A stretch of DNA of 64,000 bases from Alphaproteobacteria bacterium (GTDB taxonomy: Bacteria; Pseudomonadota; Alphaproteobacteria; Bin95): NCBI GenBank assembly GCA_964291285.2, contig OZ219785.1, positions 1,152,001 to 1,216,000 on the forward strand, in the 5' to 3' direction. Positions 9,163 to 17,884 of this stretch are shown piece by piece. A model generated the notes under the pieces. It searched no databases. It was not told the origin of the DNA and saw only the letters and a list, made by a program, of their open reading frames with translations. The position numbers and the translations under genes were made by a program. Every line of letters begins with the position of its first letter. Position 1 is the stretch's first letter.

Positions 9163-10809
9163 TTATGCGGCTTGATCGAGCATCTTCTCCGGAACCCAAT
9201 TCCAGGGAAGAAGTTCGTCGAGCCGGTTCTGCGGGGTTCCCGCGATCCGGCCGAGAACGTCGGCGAGCCAGGCGTGGGGATCGACATCGTTGAGCTTGGC
9301 GGTGCCGATCAGGGTGTACATGGCTGCGGCGCGCCTGCCGCCGCGGTCGGAGCCGGCGAACAGCCATGACTTCCGACCCAGGGCAATACCTCTGAGCGCC
9401 CTCTCAGCGGCATTATTTGACAGGCAGATGCGCCCATCGTCGAGGAAGCGGGCGAAGCGGTCCCATCGCCTGAGCATGTAGTCCATGGCCTTGGCCACGG
9501 GGGAATGGCGGGAGAGCTTTGCGCGCTCGGCCTTCATCCAGGTCTCGAGTTCGGCCAGGACCGGCGCGCTCAGTTCCTGGCGCACCGCGAGGCGGCGCTC
9601 GGCGATCTCGCCGTTGATCCCGCGCTCGATGTCAAACAGCGCATCGATCCGCTTCACGGCTTCCATCGCCAGCGGCGAGATCGGCGGCGCGTTCCTGCCG
9701 CGCCTCTTGCCGGCCGCGATGTCGGCGAGCTCGTGGAACTTGCGCCTCGCATGGGCGAAGCAGGCAGCTTCGGTCACGGGCCCCGGCGATCGGGCGGGCT
9801 CGTAGAGCCGGTTATATCCGGCAAAGGCGTCGGCCTGCAGGATGCCGGCGTAGCTCCGCAAATGCTCGACCGGATGATCGCCCGAGCGGTTCCGCGAGTA
9901 GTGGAACAGGGCCGCCGGCGGGTCCGGACCGCCGAACGGTCTGTCGTCGCGGACATAGACCCAGGCCCGCCCGGTGTCGGTCTTGCCCCTGGCCAGAACC
10001 GGCACCGGCGTGTCGTCGCCATGCAGACGCTCGGCCGCCAGCACATGGTCTGCGATCAGGTCGTGCAGCGGCCTCAGCGCCACCGTGCAGGCGCCCACCT
10101 GGTCGGCCAGGGTCGACAGGCTGAGATCGACGCCCTCGCGCGCATAGCGGTCGCGCTGGCGGTTCAGAGGCTGGTGCGTCCCATACTTCTCGAACAGGAT
10201 CATCGCCAACAGGTTGGGGCCCGCCCAGCCGCGCGGCGTCGGGTGGAACGGCGCCGGCGGCTGGCTGATCTTCTCGCAGTCCCGGCATGTGAACTTCTCG
10301 CGCACCGTCTGGATCACCTTCCACTGGCGCGGAATGACCTCCAGCGTCTCGGTGATGTCCTCGCCGATCTTCGAGAGCCTCTGCGAGCCGCAGCACTCAC
10401 AGGCACTCGGCGCCGGCACCACCACGCGCTCGCGCGGCAGATGTTCGGGGAACGGCTTGCGCCCGGACCGGCGGCGGCGGGTGAACGCCTTGACCTGCGT
10501 CGTGCCGGTAGCCGCCTGTTCGGCCGCCAACTCGTCCTCGGTAGCGCTCGCCTCGAGCTCGTCGAGCTGGAGCTCCATCTGGTCGAGAAGGCGCTGCTTG
10601 CGCTCCGATCGTTGGCCGAAGAGCGCGTGACGGAGCTTCTCGATCATCAGCTTCAGGGAGGCGATCTGCGCCTCCGCGTCCGACACCTTCGCCACGGCGT
10701 TGGAAGCCTCGGCCTCCGCAACTGCGGCCCGCTCCTCGGCCTCGGTCGCCTTGACTTCCGCCGCAGCCAGCGCCGCCTTCAGAGCATCGATGTCCGATCC
10801 GTCCGGCAT
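9163..10809 (-). CDS. tnpC: IS66 transposase TnpC
   Basis: Leucine zipper, FGQRSE, CxxC motifs, HGDDTPV, CFAHARRKF, NNAAERALR, ELLPWNW. Confidence 0.95.
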   Translation of the reverse strand: MPDGSDIDALKAALAAAEVKATEAEERAAVAEAEASNAVAKVSDAEAQIASLKLMIEKLRHALFGQRSERKQRLLDQMELQLDELEASATEDELAAEQAATGTTQVKAFTRRRRSGRKPFPEHLPRERVVVPAPSACECCGSQRLSKIGEDITETLEVIPRQWKVIQTVREKFTCRDCEKISQPPAPFHPTPRGWAGPNLLAMILFEKYGTHQPLNRQRDRYAREGVDLSLSTLADQVGACTVALRPLHDLIADHVLAAERLHGDDTPVPVLARGKTDTGRAWVYVRDDRPFGGPDPPAALFHYSRNRSGDHPVEHLRSYAGILQADAFAGYNRLYEPARSPGPVTEAACFAHARRKFHELADIAAGKRRGRNAPPISPLAMEAVKRIDALFDIERGINGEIAERRLAVRQELSAPVLAELETWMKAERAKLSRHSPVAKAMDYMLRRWDRFARFLDDGRICLSNNAAERALRGIALGRKSWLFAGSDRGGRRAAAMYTLIGTAKLNDVDPHAWLADVLGRIAGTPQNRLDELLPWNWVPEKMLDQAA

Positions 10810-11053
10810 GCCCTGTAGGTGACGGTCGTAAAAGGCGCTTATTTGCTGGCGTTGCGCGTTTTTGCGGGGCGTGATGATCGCAGTGATTGTGGTGCGGCGG
10901 TGTTTGTGACGGGGGCCTGGGACGGAAGGAGGGCGTAGCCCGACTGGAGTCGCCGGCCCCCGTCGCGTTGATATTTTCGCCTGCCGAGGGGAGGGTGTCC
11001 TGGCGCTGTCGGCGGGGGTCGCCGGGCTGCGCGAGGGGGTAGACTGGGGCTGC

Positions 11054-11199
11054 TGAGAACGATGCGGCGCCGGCCCCGTTTGCTAGGTGGCAACGACCGG
11101 CGCCGCACCCCCCGAGCCATGCAAGGCACGGCCCGTATGCGCAGTATCGTAGGCGTTCGGGCGTGGGTCCACCCCGTTCTCATCGGTCTTTGCGATGAG
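11054..11199 (+). ncRNA. Candidate structured cis-regulatory RNA in the IS21 leader
   Basis: Outer stem TGAGAACG/CGTTCTCA, 11-bp stem TGCGGCGCCGG/CCGGCGCCGCA, and an alternative stem CTCATCG/CGATGAG covering the ATG at 11195. Confidence 0.4.
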
Positions 11200-11629
11200 G
11201 AACGCCGCCCGCCTGTTCACCTGCGCTTCGTGCCATCGCCAGGTTGTGCTGTGCCGGCGGTGCGACCACGGCAACATCTACTGCTCGCGTCCGTGCAGCG
11301 GCCGGGCGCGGCGGCGCTCGCTGCGCCTTGCCGGGCGTCGCTACCAGAACAGCCGGCGGGGCCGTCACAAGCATGCCGAACGCCAGCGGCGCTACCGCGA
11401 GCGCCGTCGCGTCCGTGCGCCTGAGGAGGGGCGCCGTGCGCAGAAAGTGACGCATCACCCTTTGACCCGTTCACCGCGCCGTCCTGTTGTGGCGGGCATG
11501 CCGGCGGGGCGCTCGGGAAGGAGGCCCTTCGGACCCGACCGTCCCGCCGGAGTGTTCCGCTGCGATCACTGCGGGCGGTTCTGCGCCCGGGCGGTCTATC
11601 CGGGCCTGCGCCCGGCGCGAAGGGAGTGA
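11195..11629 (+). CDS. Cys-rich, Arg-rich hypothetical protein (putative zinc-binding nucleic-acid-binding protein) inside IS21
   Basis: CASC-x6-CRRC-x6-CSRPC, basic helix, C-terminal CDHCGRFC; abuts istA once the MITE is removed (TGA-g-ATG). Confidence 0.75.
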   Translation: MRNAARLFTCASCHRQVVLCRRCDHGNIYCSRPCSGRARRRSLRLAGRRYQNSRRGRHKHAERQRRYRERRRVRAPEEGRRAQKVTHHPLTRSPRRPVVAGMPAGRSGRRPFGPDRPAGVFRCDHCGRFCARAVYPGLRPARRE

Positions 11630-11761
11630 TACCAACGGTCGTTGATTGGAACCTATAGCAGAGCCTCCCTCCGCAGCTCGCCCCCTGAGCCGAGGCCTCC
11701 TACTGCAAGAGGTAATCTCCGCCGAGAGAGGCTAATCGGTTCTTATCTGTGGCCGGTGGTA
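11630..11761. mobile_element. 132-bp MITE-like element, copy 2
   Basis: Differs from 7011-7142 at 2 positions; flanked by TGA/TGA. Confidence 0.8.
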
Positions 11762-11765
11762 TGAG

Positions 11766-13271
11766 ATGGCGATCGACCAGCAGACCCGGGCCGAGATCCT
11801 GCGGCTGTATTTTGCCGAGAAGTGGCGGATCGGCACGATCGCGCGCCAGCTCGGCGTCCACCACGGCACGGTCGAGCGCGCGGTGGCGGCCGCCGGGGCG
11901 CCCACGCCTGAGAAGCGGCGCAGATCTTCGATGATCGATCCGTTCCTGCCCTTCGTCCGCCAGACCCTGGCGGTCTGGCCGAAGTTGCCCTCCAGCCGGC
12001 TCTACCGGATGGCGGTCGAGCGCGGTTACCGGGGGTGCGAGAGCCACTTCCGGCGCATGATCGCGCCCGAGCGTCCGCGGCCGGTGGCCGAGGCCTATCT
12101 GCGCCTCAAGGCCCTGCCCGGCGAGCAGGCCCAGGTCGACTGGGCCCACTTCGGCAAGGTGAGGATCGGGCGTGCGGAGCGCCCGCTGATGGCCTTCGTG
12201 ATGGTGCTCGGCCACTCGCGCCGCCTCTTCCTGCGCTTCTACCTCAACGCCGGGATGGACAACTTCCTGCGCGGCCATGTCGAGGCCTTCGAGGCTTGGC
12301 AGGGCGTGCCCCGCGAGCTCTGGTACGACAATCTGAAGAGCGTCGTGCTGGAGCGGCGCGGCGACGCCATCCGCTTCAATCCCCGGCTTCTCGACTTCGC
12401 AGGCGCCTACCGCTTCCTGCCGAAGCCGGTCGCGGTCGCCCGAGGCAACGAGAAGGGCCGCGTCGAGCGGGCCATACGCTATGTGCGCGACAGCTTCTTC
12501 GCCGCCCGCGCCTGGCGTGACCTCGACGATCTCAACGCCCAGGCCCGGGAGTGGTGCGAGGGCGTCGCCGCCGACCGCCCCTGGCCGGACGACCGCTCCC
12601 TCACCGTGAGCGAGGCCTTCGAGCGCGAGCGCGGCTCCCTGATGGCGCTGCCCGACGACCGTCCCCCCGTCGACGAGAGGGTCGAGGTCAGGATCGCCAA
12701 GACCCCCTATGCCAGGTTCGACCTCAATGACTACAGCGTCCCGCATACCCATGTCCGGCGCACCCTCACCGTGGCCGCGACGCTGGAAGAGGTGCGCATC
12801 CTCGACGGCATGGAGGTCATCGCCCGCCATCCGCGCAGCTTCGACAAGGCGGCCCGCATCGAGAACCCCGAACACATTGAGGAGCTGGTCAGGCGCAAGC
12901 GTCACGCCCGCAGCCTGCGCGGGCAGAGCCGGCTGCTCCAGGCCGCGCCCAACAGCGAGCGCCTGATCGCCGAGGCCGCCCCCCGCGGCGCTTATATCGG
13001 CGCCACCGTCGCCGCCCTGCTGCGCCTGCTCGACCAATACGGCGCCGCCGAGCTCGAAGCCGCCATCGACGAGGCCCTCGAACGCGGCGTCCCCCATCCC
13101 AATGCCGTGCGCCTCAGCCTCACACGGCGGCGCGAACTGCAGGACAGGCCGCCGCCGATCCCCATCGACCTGCCCAGGGACCCGCGCGTGCGCGACATCG
13201 CCGTGCGCGATCACGATCTCGGCGGATACGACGGGCTGGCCGGCTACCATGAAAAGGACAGCGAAGAATGA
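11766..13271 (+). CDS. istA: IS21 transposase IstA
   Basis: N-terminal HTH, PGEQAQVDW, YDNLKS, EKGRVER. Confidence 0.95.
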   Translation: MAIDQQTRAEILRLYFAEKWRIGTIARQLGVHHGTVERAVAAAGAPTPEKRRRSSMIDPFLPFVRQTLAVWPKLPSSRLYRMAVERGYRGCESHFRRMIAPERPRPVAEAYLRLKALPGEQAQVDWAHFGKVRIGRAERPLMAFVMVLGHSRRLFLRFYLNAGMDNFLRGHVEAFEAWQGVPRELWYDNLKSVVLERRGDAIRFNPRLLDFAGAYRFLPKPVAVARGNEKGRVERAIRYVRDSFFAARAWRDLDDLNAQAREWCEGVAADRPWPDDRSLTVSEAFERERGSLMALPDDRPPVDERVEVRIAKTPYARFDLNDYSVPHTHVRRTLTVAATLEEVRILDGMEVIARHPRSFDKAARIENPEHIEELVRRKRHARSLRGQSRLLQAAPNSERLIAEAAPRGAYIGATVAALLRLLDQYGAAELEAAIDEALERGVPHPNAVRLSLTRRRELQDRPPPIPIDLPRDPRVRDIAVRDHDLGGYDGLAGYHEKDSEE

Positions 13272-14062
13272 CCGACACCCTCATGAACCGCGCCCGCGCG
13301 CTGGGCCTGCACGGCCTCCTCGCCCATTGGGGCGAAGTCGCGGAGCGCGACTGGCTCGCCTCCCTGATCGCGTGGGAAGAAGATGAGAAGCGCGCCCGAA
13401 GCCTCAAACGCCGCCTCGCCGACGCCCGCCTCGGACAGTTCAAGCCGCTCGCAGACTTCGACTGGGACTGGCCAAGGCGCTGCGACCGCATGGCCGTCGA
13501 GGACCTCATGACCCTCGACTTCCTCAAGGAGGCCGCAAACCTCGTACTGGTCGGACCCAACGGCGTCGGAAAGTCCACCATCGCCGCCAATATCGCCCAC
13601 CGCGCCGTCCTCGAAGGCCACATCGTGCGCTTCGCAACCGCCGCCAGCCTGCTCGGCGAACTCGCCGCCATCGACTCCGACACCCTGCTCCAGCGCAGGC
13701 TGCGCTTCTACGCCCGACAGCACCTGCTGGTCATCGACGAAGTCGGATATCTCTCCTACTCCAACCGCCACGCCGACCTGCTGTTCAACATCGTCTCAAG
13801 CCGCAGCCAGCAGAACTCAACCATAATCACCACGAACCGCCCCTTCGCCGAGTGGAGCGAGGCCTTCCCAAACGCCGCCTGCCTGGTCGCCCTCGTCGAC
13901 CGGCTCGTCCACAACGCCGAGATCGTCGCCATCGACGGCGACTCCTGGCGCCGCAAGGAAGCCGAGGAACGTCAGAAGCAGCGCAGCGCCGAACGCCGCC
14001 GCCGGCGCGGACCGAAAGCCGGGCAAAGCACTGGAAAGGCGAACCCGGTCCCGTCGCCATAG
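13268..14062 (+). CDS. istB: IS21 helper ATPase IstB
   Basis: GPNGVGKS Walker A, LLVIDEVGY Walker B, TTNRPF, DRLVHNA, GDSWR. Confidence 0.95.
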   Translation: MTDTLMNRARALGLHGLLAHWGEVAERDWLASLIAWEEDEKRARSLKRRLADARLGQFKPLADFDWDWPRRCDRMAVEDLMTLDFLKEAANLVLVGPNGVGKSTIAANIAHRAVLEGHIVRFATAASLLGELAAIDSDTLLQRRLRFYARQHLLVIDEVGYLSYSNRHADLLFNIVSSRSQQNSTIITTNRPFAEWSEAFPNAACLVALVDRLVHNAEIVAIDGDSWRRKEAEERQKQRSAERRRRRGPKAGQSTGKANPVPSP

Positions 14063-14064
14063 CC

Positions 14065-14937
14065 ATGCATCCCTCCCGCCCCCGCGAGCGGCGGGTGCGG
14101 GCCGAGAGCCTGCGGGGCTATCCCCTCGAACCCGTCGCCCGAGCCCTCGGCTACCGCAGCGATCCCGACAATGCCGTGCGCTGGAGACGGCCAGGATCGG
14201 TCCTCTCCATCAACCGCTTCATGTTCTACGACCATCTGCGCGCAGAGGAGGGAGCCGGGGCTATCGAACTGGCGGTCCATGCGCTCGGATGCACCCCGCC
14301 GGACGCCATCGACTTCCTCGCCGAACTGTCCGACCTCTCAATGCCCCCAGGCGGCCGCCGGCAGGCGCCGGCCAAGGACCCCCGCTGGCCCAACCTCCGG
14401 CGATACCTCGTCGAGCGGCGCGGCCTCGCGGACGCGCTCGTCACCCTGTGCCGCGACCTCGGCCTGGTCCATGCCGACCCTCACGGCAACCCCGTGTTCG
14501 TCCGCCGAAACGCCGCCGGCGAGGCTACCGGCATCGAAACCGTCACCGCTGACCGCAAAACGACCGCGGGCGGCGGCTTCTGGATGTCCTGGGAGACCGA
14601 ATGGCCACACGCCGTCATCCTGGACGGCAACGCCCTCGACGCACTCTCCATCCTCTCCCTCCACCTCGGCCCGGTAAAACGCACCGAATGCGCCACCGTC
14701 TCCACCGGCGCCGTCGCCACCAAAGTCCCCAAATGGATCGAGGCATGGAACCCGCGCCTCATCTTCTGTGCATACGACGCCACCACAAACGGCGATCACG
14801 CCGCAAGGCGCCTCGCCCGCAACGACACCAGAATCGTCCGGCTGCGACCCGCACTCGACAACCGGGACTGGAACGACATGCTCATCCGCGACCGAGCCGG
14901 CGAACCAATCGAAACCGATGACCAACAGATCAACTGA
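14065..14937 (+). CDS. DUF3991/toprim-like (primase-related) protein, degenerate active site, IS21 cargo
   Basis: GAIELAVHALGC..DAIDFL, YLVERRGL, LDGNALDALS, CAYDATTNG, RDWND. Confidence 0.7.
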   Translation: MHPSRPRERRVRAESLRGYPLEPVARALGYRSDPDNAVRWRRPGSVLSINRFMFYDHLRAEEGAGAIELAVHALGCTPPDAIDFLAELSDLSMPPGGRRQAPAKDPRWPNLRRYLVERRGLADALVTLCRDLGLVHADPHGNPVFVRRNAAGEATGIETVTADRKTTAGGGFWMSWETEWPHAVILDGNALDALSILSLHLGPVKRTECATVSTGAVATKVPKWIEAWNPRLIFCAYDATTNGDHAARRLARNDTRIVRLRPALDNRDWNDMLIRDRAGEPIETDDQQIN

Positions 14938-15069
14938 AAAACCGCAACCGGCCGAAAAATGTCAGCGAATAGGCGCGCTCTGTAACCGTCGCTAACATGC
15001 CCGGAAGCGAATCACAACAACCGCCCCGCCGCCATGACAATCCTGTCGGATGAGTCCATTTGCCGCCCG

Positions 15070-15417
15070 TCAGCCGGCCCGCGACGGCCGCCAGGTCCGG
15101 ACCGGGTTCCGCCAGTCGATCCCTTCCAGCAAATAGCCAAGCTGCGCCGCGCTGATCGACACCGCCTCGCCCGAAGCAGCCGGCCAGGGGAACCGGCCAC
15201 GCTCCAGACGCTTGGCGTAGAGCGAGGTCCCGATCCCGTCAGTCCAGAGGATCTTCACGAGATCGCCTTTGCGTCCGCGGAATATGAAGAGATCGCCCGC
15301 ATGCGGATCGCGGCCGAGACCTTGCTGGACCTGCAGCGCCAGCGTGTTCATCCCGCGACGCATGTCCGTCACGCCCGTCGCAAGCCAGACCCGCGCCCCG
15401 CTCGGAACCGGGATCAT
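15070..15417 (-). CDS. tnpB: IS66 accessory protein TnpB
   Basis: VWLATGVTDMRRG, FIFRGRKGDLVKILW, KRLERGRFPWP, LLEGIDW. Confidence 0.95.
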   Translation of the reverse strand: MIPVPSGARVWLATGVTDMRRGMNTLALQVQQGLGRDPHAGDLFIFRGRKGDLVKILWTDGIGTSLYAKRLERGRFPWPAASGEAVSISAAQLGYLLEGIDWRNPVRTWRPSRAG

Positions 15418-15833
15418 CGCCGCCCCAGAACCCCGAGAACCCGCGACAGCGCCGCCGCGTCCACATCCCGGTCGACCGTCACGCGCGAGCCGTCCGCCAG
15501 CGCAATCTCGATCCGTCCGGAGGAAGACGGTTCGGCCTCCGGCGCCGGCAGCAGCTTCGCCGGCTCCGCCCCTTCCGTCGAAGAGACAACCACCGGGACG
15601 AAGCCGCCCACCACGCGCGCCAGCTCCCGATACTGGCCCCGCCACTTGAAGACCAGGTTCGCGTTCACGTCATGTCGGCGCGCCACCACCGAAACCGAAA
15701 CCCCGGGCTGGTAGCTCTCCGCAACGATCAGGCGCTTGCGCGCCTCGCTCCACCGACGGCGAAGGCGGCGCCCCCGACCGTCGACCCCGGAGCCTGCATG
15801 CTCGGCTGCGTCCCACATCCGCATAGTGTCCAC
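15414..15833 (-). CDS. tnpA: IS66 TnpA (HTH)
   Basis: RRRWSEARKRLIVAES, VSVVARRHDVNANLVFKWR, FVPV, IEIAL. Confidence 0.9.
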   Translation of the reverse strand: MDTMRMWDAAEHAGSGVDGRGRRLRRRWSEARKRLIVAESYQPGVSVSVVARRHDVNANLVFKWRGQYRELARVVGGFVPVVVSSTEGAEPAKLLPAPEAEPSSSGRIEIALADGSRVTVDRDVDAAALSRVLGVLGRR

Positions 15834-16714
15834 TTATCCTTGGTGGGCACCTGCGACGCGCGCCCACATCCGAGCGCATACCCTCCCAGATCCCGGAGAA
15901 AGGCGACAGGCGGTCTACGCCGAAGGCTTACCGCGGGTGGACGACCGGCGCGTGTTGAACGGCATTCTGTGGGTGCTTCGCACGGGGGCGCCGTGGCGAG
16001 ACCTGCCGGAGCACTACGGGCCTTATACGACCTGCTACAACCGGTTCAACCGCTGGCGCAAGAAGGGCATCCGGGATCAGTTGATGGATGCGGTGGTGGA
16101 GGCTCACGACGGCAATGTGCAGATGATCGACAGTTCGAGCGTCCGGGTTCACCAGCATGCGGCGGGATCAAAAAAGGGGGTCCGGATCGTTGCATGGGCC
16201 GTTCCCGTGGCGGACTGACCACGAAGATCCACGCCGTGTCGGACGTGAGCGGCCTGCCGGTCCGCTATGACCTCAGCCCCGGCCAGGCGCACGACACCAC
16301 GGCCGCCGGTGCCATGCTGGCGACCCTGCCGCCCGACAGTTTCCTCGTCGCCGACAAGGCCTATGACGCCAAATGGATCCGTGACCTGATCGAGCAACAC
16401 GATGCCGTCCCGATCATCCCCGACCGCGAAGGCGCGAAGACCAGGCACGCTTTCTCCAAACCCTTGTATAAATTGCGAAACCGGATCGAACGCGCCTTCA
16501 ACAAACTCAAGCAGTGCCGCCGCATCGCCACCCGATACGAAAAGCTCGCGGCCAACTTCCTCGCCATGATCAAGATCGCTACTGTCAGGCTCTGGCTACG
16601 CGCTTATGAGGCCACGGCCTAAAGCTCTAACCTATTGTGAAACAAGGGAGAAATGTTCAAAAGAAGCGTAACATGACAAAATATGACACAAGGCTGGTGT
16701 GTCCGCTGCTGCCG

Positions 16715-17881
16715 TTATGGCCTCAATGGCAGACCTTCTGTCTCTTCAGCCATGACCCGCGCCAAGGCGTCCCCGATCCGCTCGGCGGCTGCCTCGATGT
16801 CGCGGTCCGCGAGATGGGCATAGCGCAGGGTCATTCGGGTATTGCTGTGACCGAGCAGGCGGGAGACGACCGGCACCGGAACGCCGTTCATTACCGCATG
16901 GCTGGCGACCGTATGTCGGAGATCGTGGAGGCGGACATCCTCGATCCCGGCTTCCCGGCGAACCCTGTTCCAGAGCGGGAGTTCGGGGCTGCGCGGCCGG
17001 TCGGGATTGACGGGCGAGGGAAACACGAACGGGCCCGGGTTCCGCGGTTGCCTTTCCAGGATACGTCGAGCGGCCGCACTGAGAGGTACCCGTCTCGGTC
17101 CCGTCTTGCTGTCCTCGAGTTCCAGCATGTCTGCCCGGACCTCCGACCGGCGCAGGTTGACGATTTCGCCCCGGCGACAGCCGGTCAAAAGCAGCAGCCG
17201 GATCATATCTGCCTGCTGCCGGCCACCCTTCCGGACCTGTCTGTCCAGAACATCGTGGAGGCGGGCGACTTCCTCCCGGGACAGGAACCGCGTGAGCGCC
17301 GGTCGGCGGTTCATCTTCAGGCCTCGCGCCGGATTGACGCCGATGTGTCCGCAGGCGATGGCGAAGTTCATGATCTGGCGAAGAGTGGCGAGAGCATGGT
17401 TGGCGTTGCCGGGGGCCGTCCGGCTGAATGCATCGAACCATTTCCGGACCCGTGCCCGGGTGATACGGTCGAGCGGTTTCGACCCGAACGCCGGCAGAAG
17501 TCGCCCGTTCATAAGGGCGGATATGCCTCGGCGGCTGGACGGCTTGTAGACGTCGAAGTGGGCCTCCTTCCACGCCCCGGCGACGAAATCCCGGAACAGC
17601 GGCGCGTCATGTGCCGATTCCGCCACCGCTTCCGGCTCGGCCTGTCGGGCGCGGCATTCCCGCCGGGCCTCGGCGACGCCGTTCAAGGCAACGGGGCCGA
17701 GAGAGATGCGCTTCGAGCGCCCGCCGGCGTCGAACAGAAGGATCCAACTCCGTCCGCCCGAAGGCCGGACACGAACCCCGAGACCGACGGCGCGACTGTC
17801 CCAGACGGTATATTCCCGCTCGCGGGGCCGCAGACGGGCAATGGCGGCGTCGGTGAGTTTCATCCGTTCCTTGCCTGCCAT
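16715..17881 (-). CDS. Tyrosine integrase with N-terminal arm-binding (DUF4102-like) domain, copy 2
   Basis: LTDAAI...WDSRAVGLGVRVRPSGGRSW; LTGCRRGEI, KTG, HDLRH, LGH, TLRY. Confidence 0.92.
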   Translation of the reverse strand: MAGKERMKLTDAAIARLRPREREYTVWDSRAVGLGVRVRPSGGRSWILLFDAGGRSKRISLGPVALNGVAEARRECRARQAEPEAVAESAHDAPLFRDFVAGAWKEAHFDVYKPSSRRGISALMNGRLLPAFGSKPLDRITRARVRKWFDAFSRTAPGNANHALATLRQIMNFAIACGHIGVNPARGLKMNRRPALTRFLSREEVARLHDVLDRQVRKGGRQQADMIRLLLLTGCRRGEIVNLRRSEVRADMLELEDSKTGPRRVPLSAAARRILERQPRNPGPFVFPSPVNPDRPRSPELPLWNRVRREAGIEDVRLHDLRHTVASHAVMNGVPVPVVSRLLGHSNTRMTLRYAHLADRDIEAAAERIGDALARVMAEETEGLPLRP

Positions 17882-17884
17882 CGC

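Larger units (their letters stand above)
10814..14997 (+). mobile_element. IS21 family element with extra ORFs
   Basis: TG...CA ends with about 40-bp imperfect IRs (TGTAGGTGACGGT / ACCGTCGCTAACA); 5-bp TSD TGCCC (10809-10813, 14998-15002). Confidence 0.9.
9074..15931 (-). mobile_element. IS66 family insertion sequence, interrupted by IS21
   Basis: IRs GTATGCGTCCGCCGAAGACCG / CGGTCTACGCCGAAGGCTTAC; 8-bp TSD CGCGGGTG (9066-9073, 15932-15939). Confidence 0.92.
6869..16619 (+). mobile_element. IS5 family (IS427 group) element, interrupted by IS1634 and IS66
   Basis: IRs GGCCGTGTACCCATAAG / CTTATGAGGCCACGGCC with TA duplication; orfA is split into 6942-6961, 9004-9073 and 15932-16218. Confidence 0.88.
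6942..16622 (+). pseudogene. IS427-group transposase split by two insertions
   Basis: Rejoined pieces read MGRYD-LTDFEWRVIEPLLPNKPRGVPRV-DDRRVLNGILWVLRTGAPWRDLP (one extra T at the first junction); A6G5 frameshift site at 16170-16180 leads into orfB (GRSRGGLTTKIH, ADKAYD, RNRIERAFNKLK). Confidence 0.85.
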
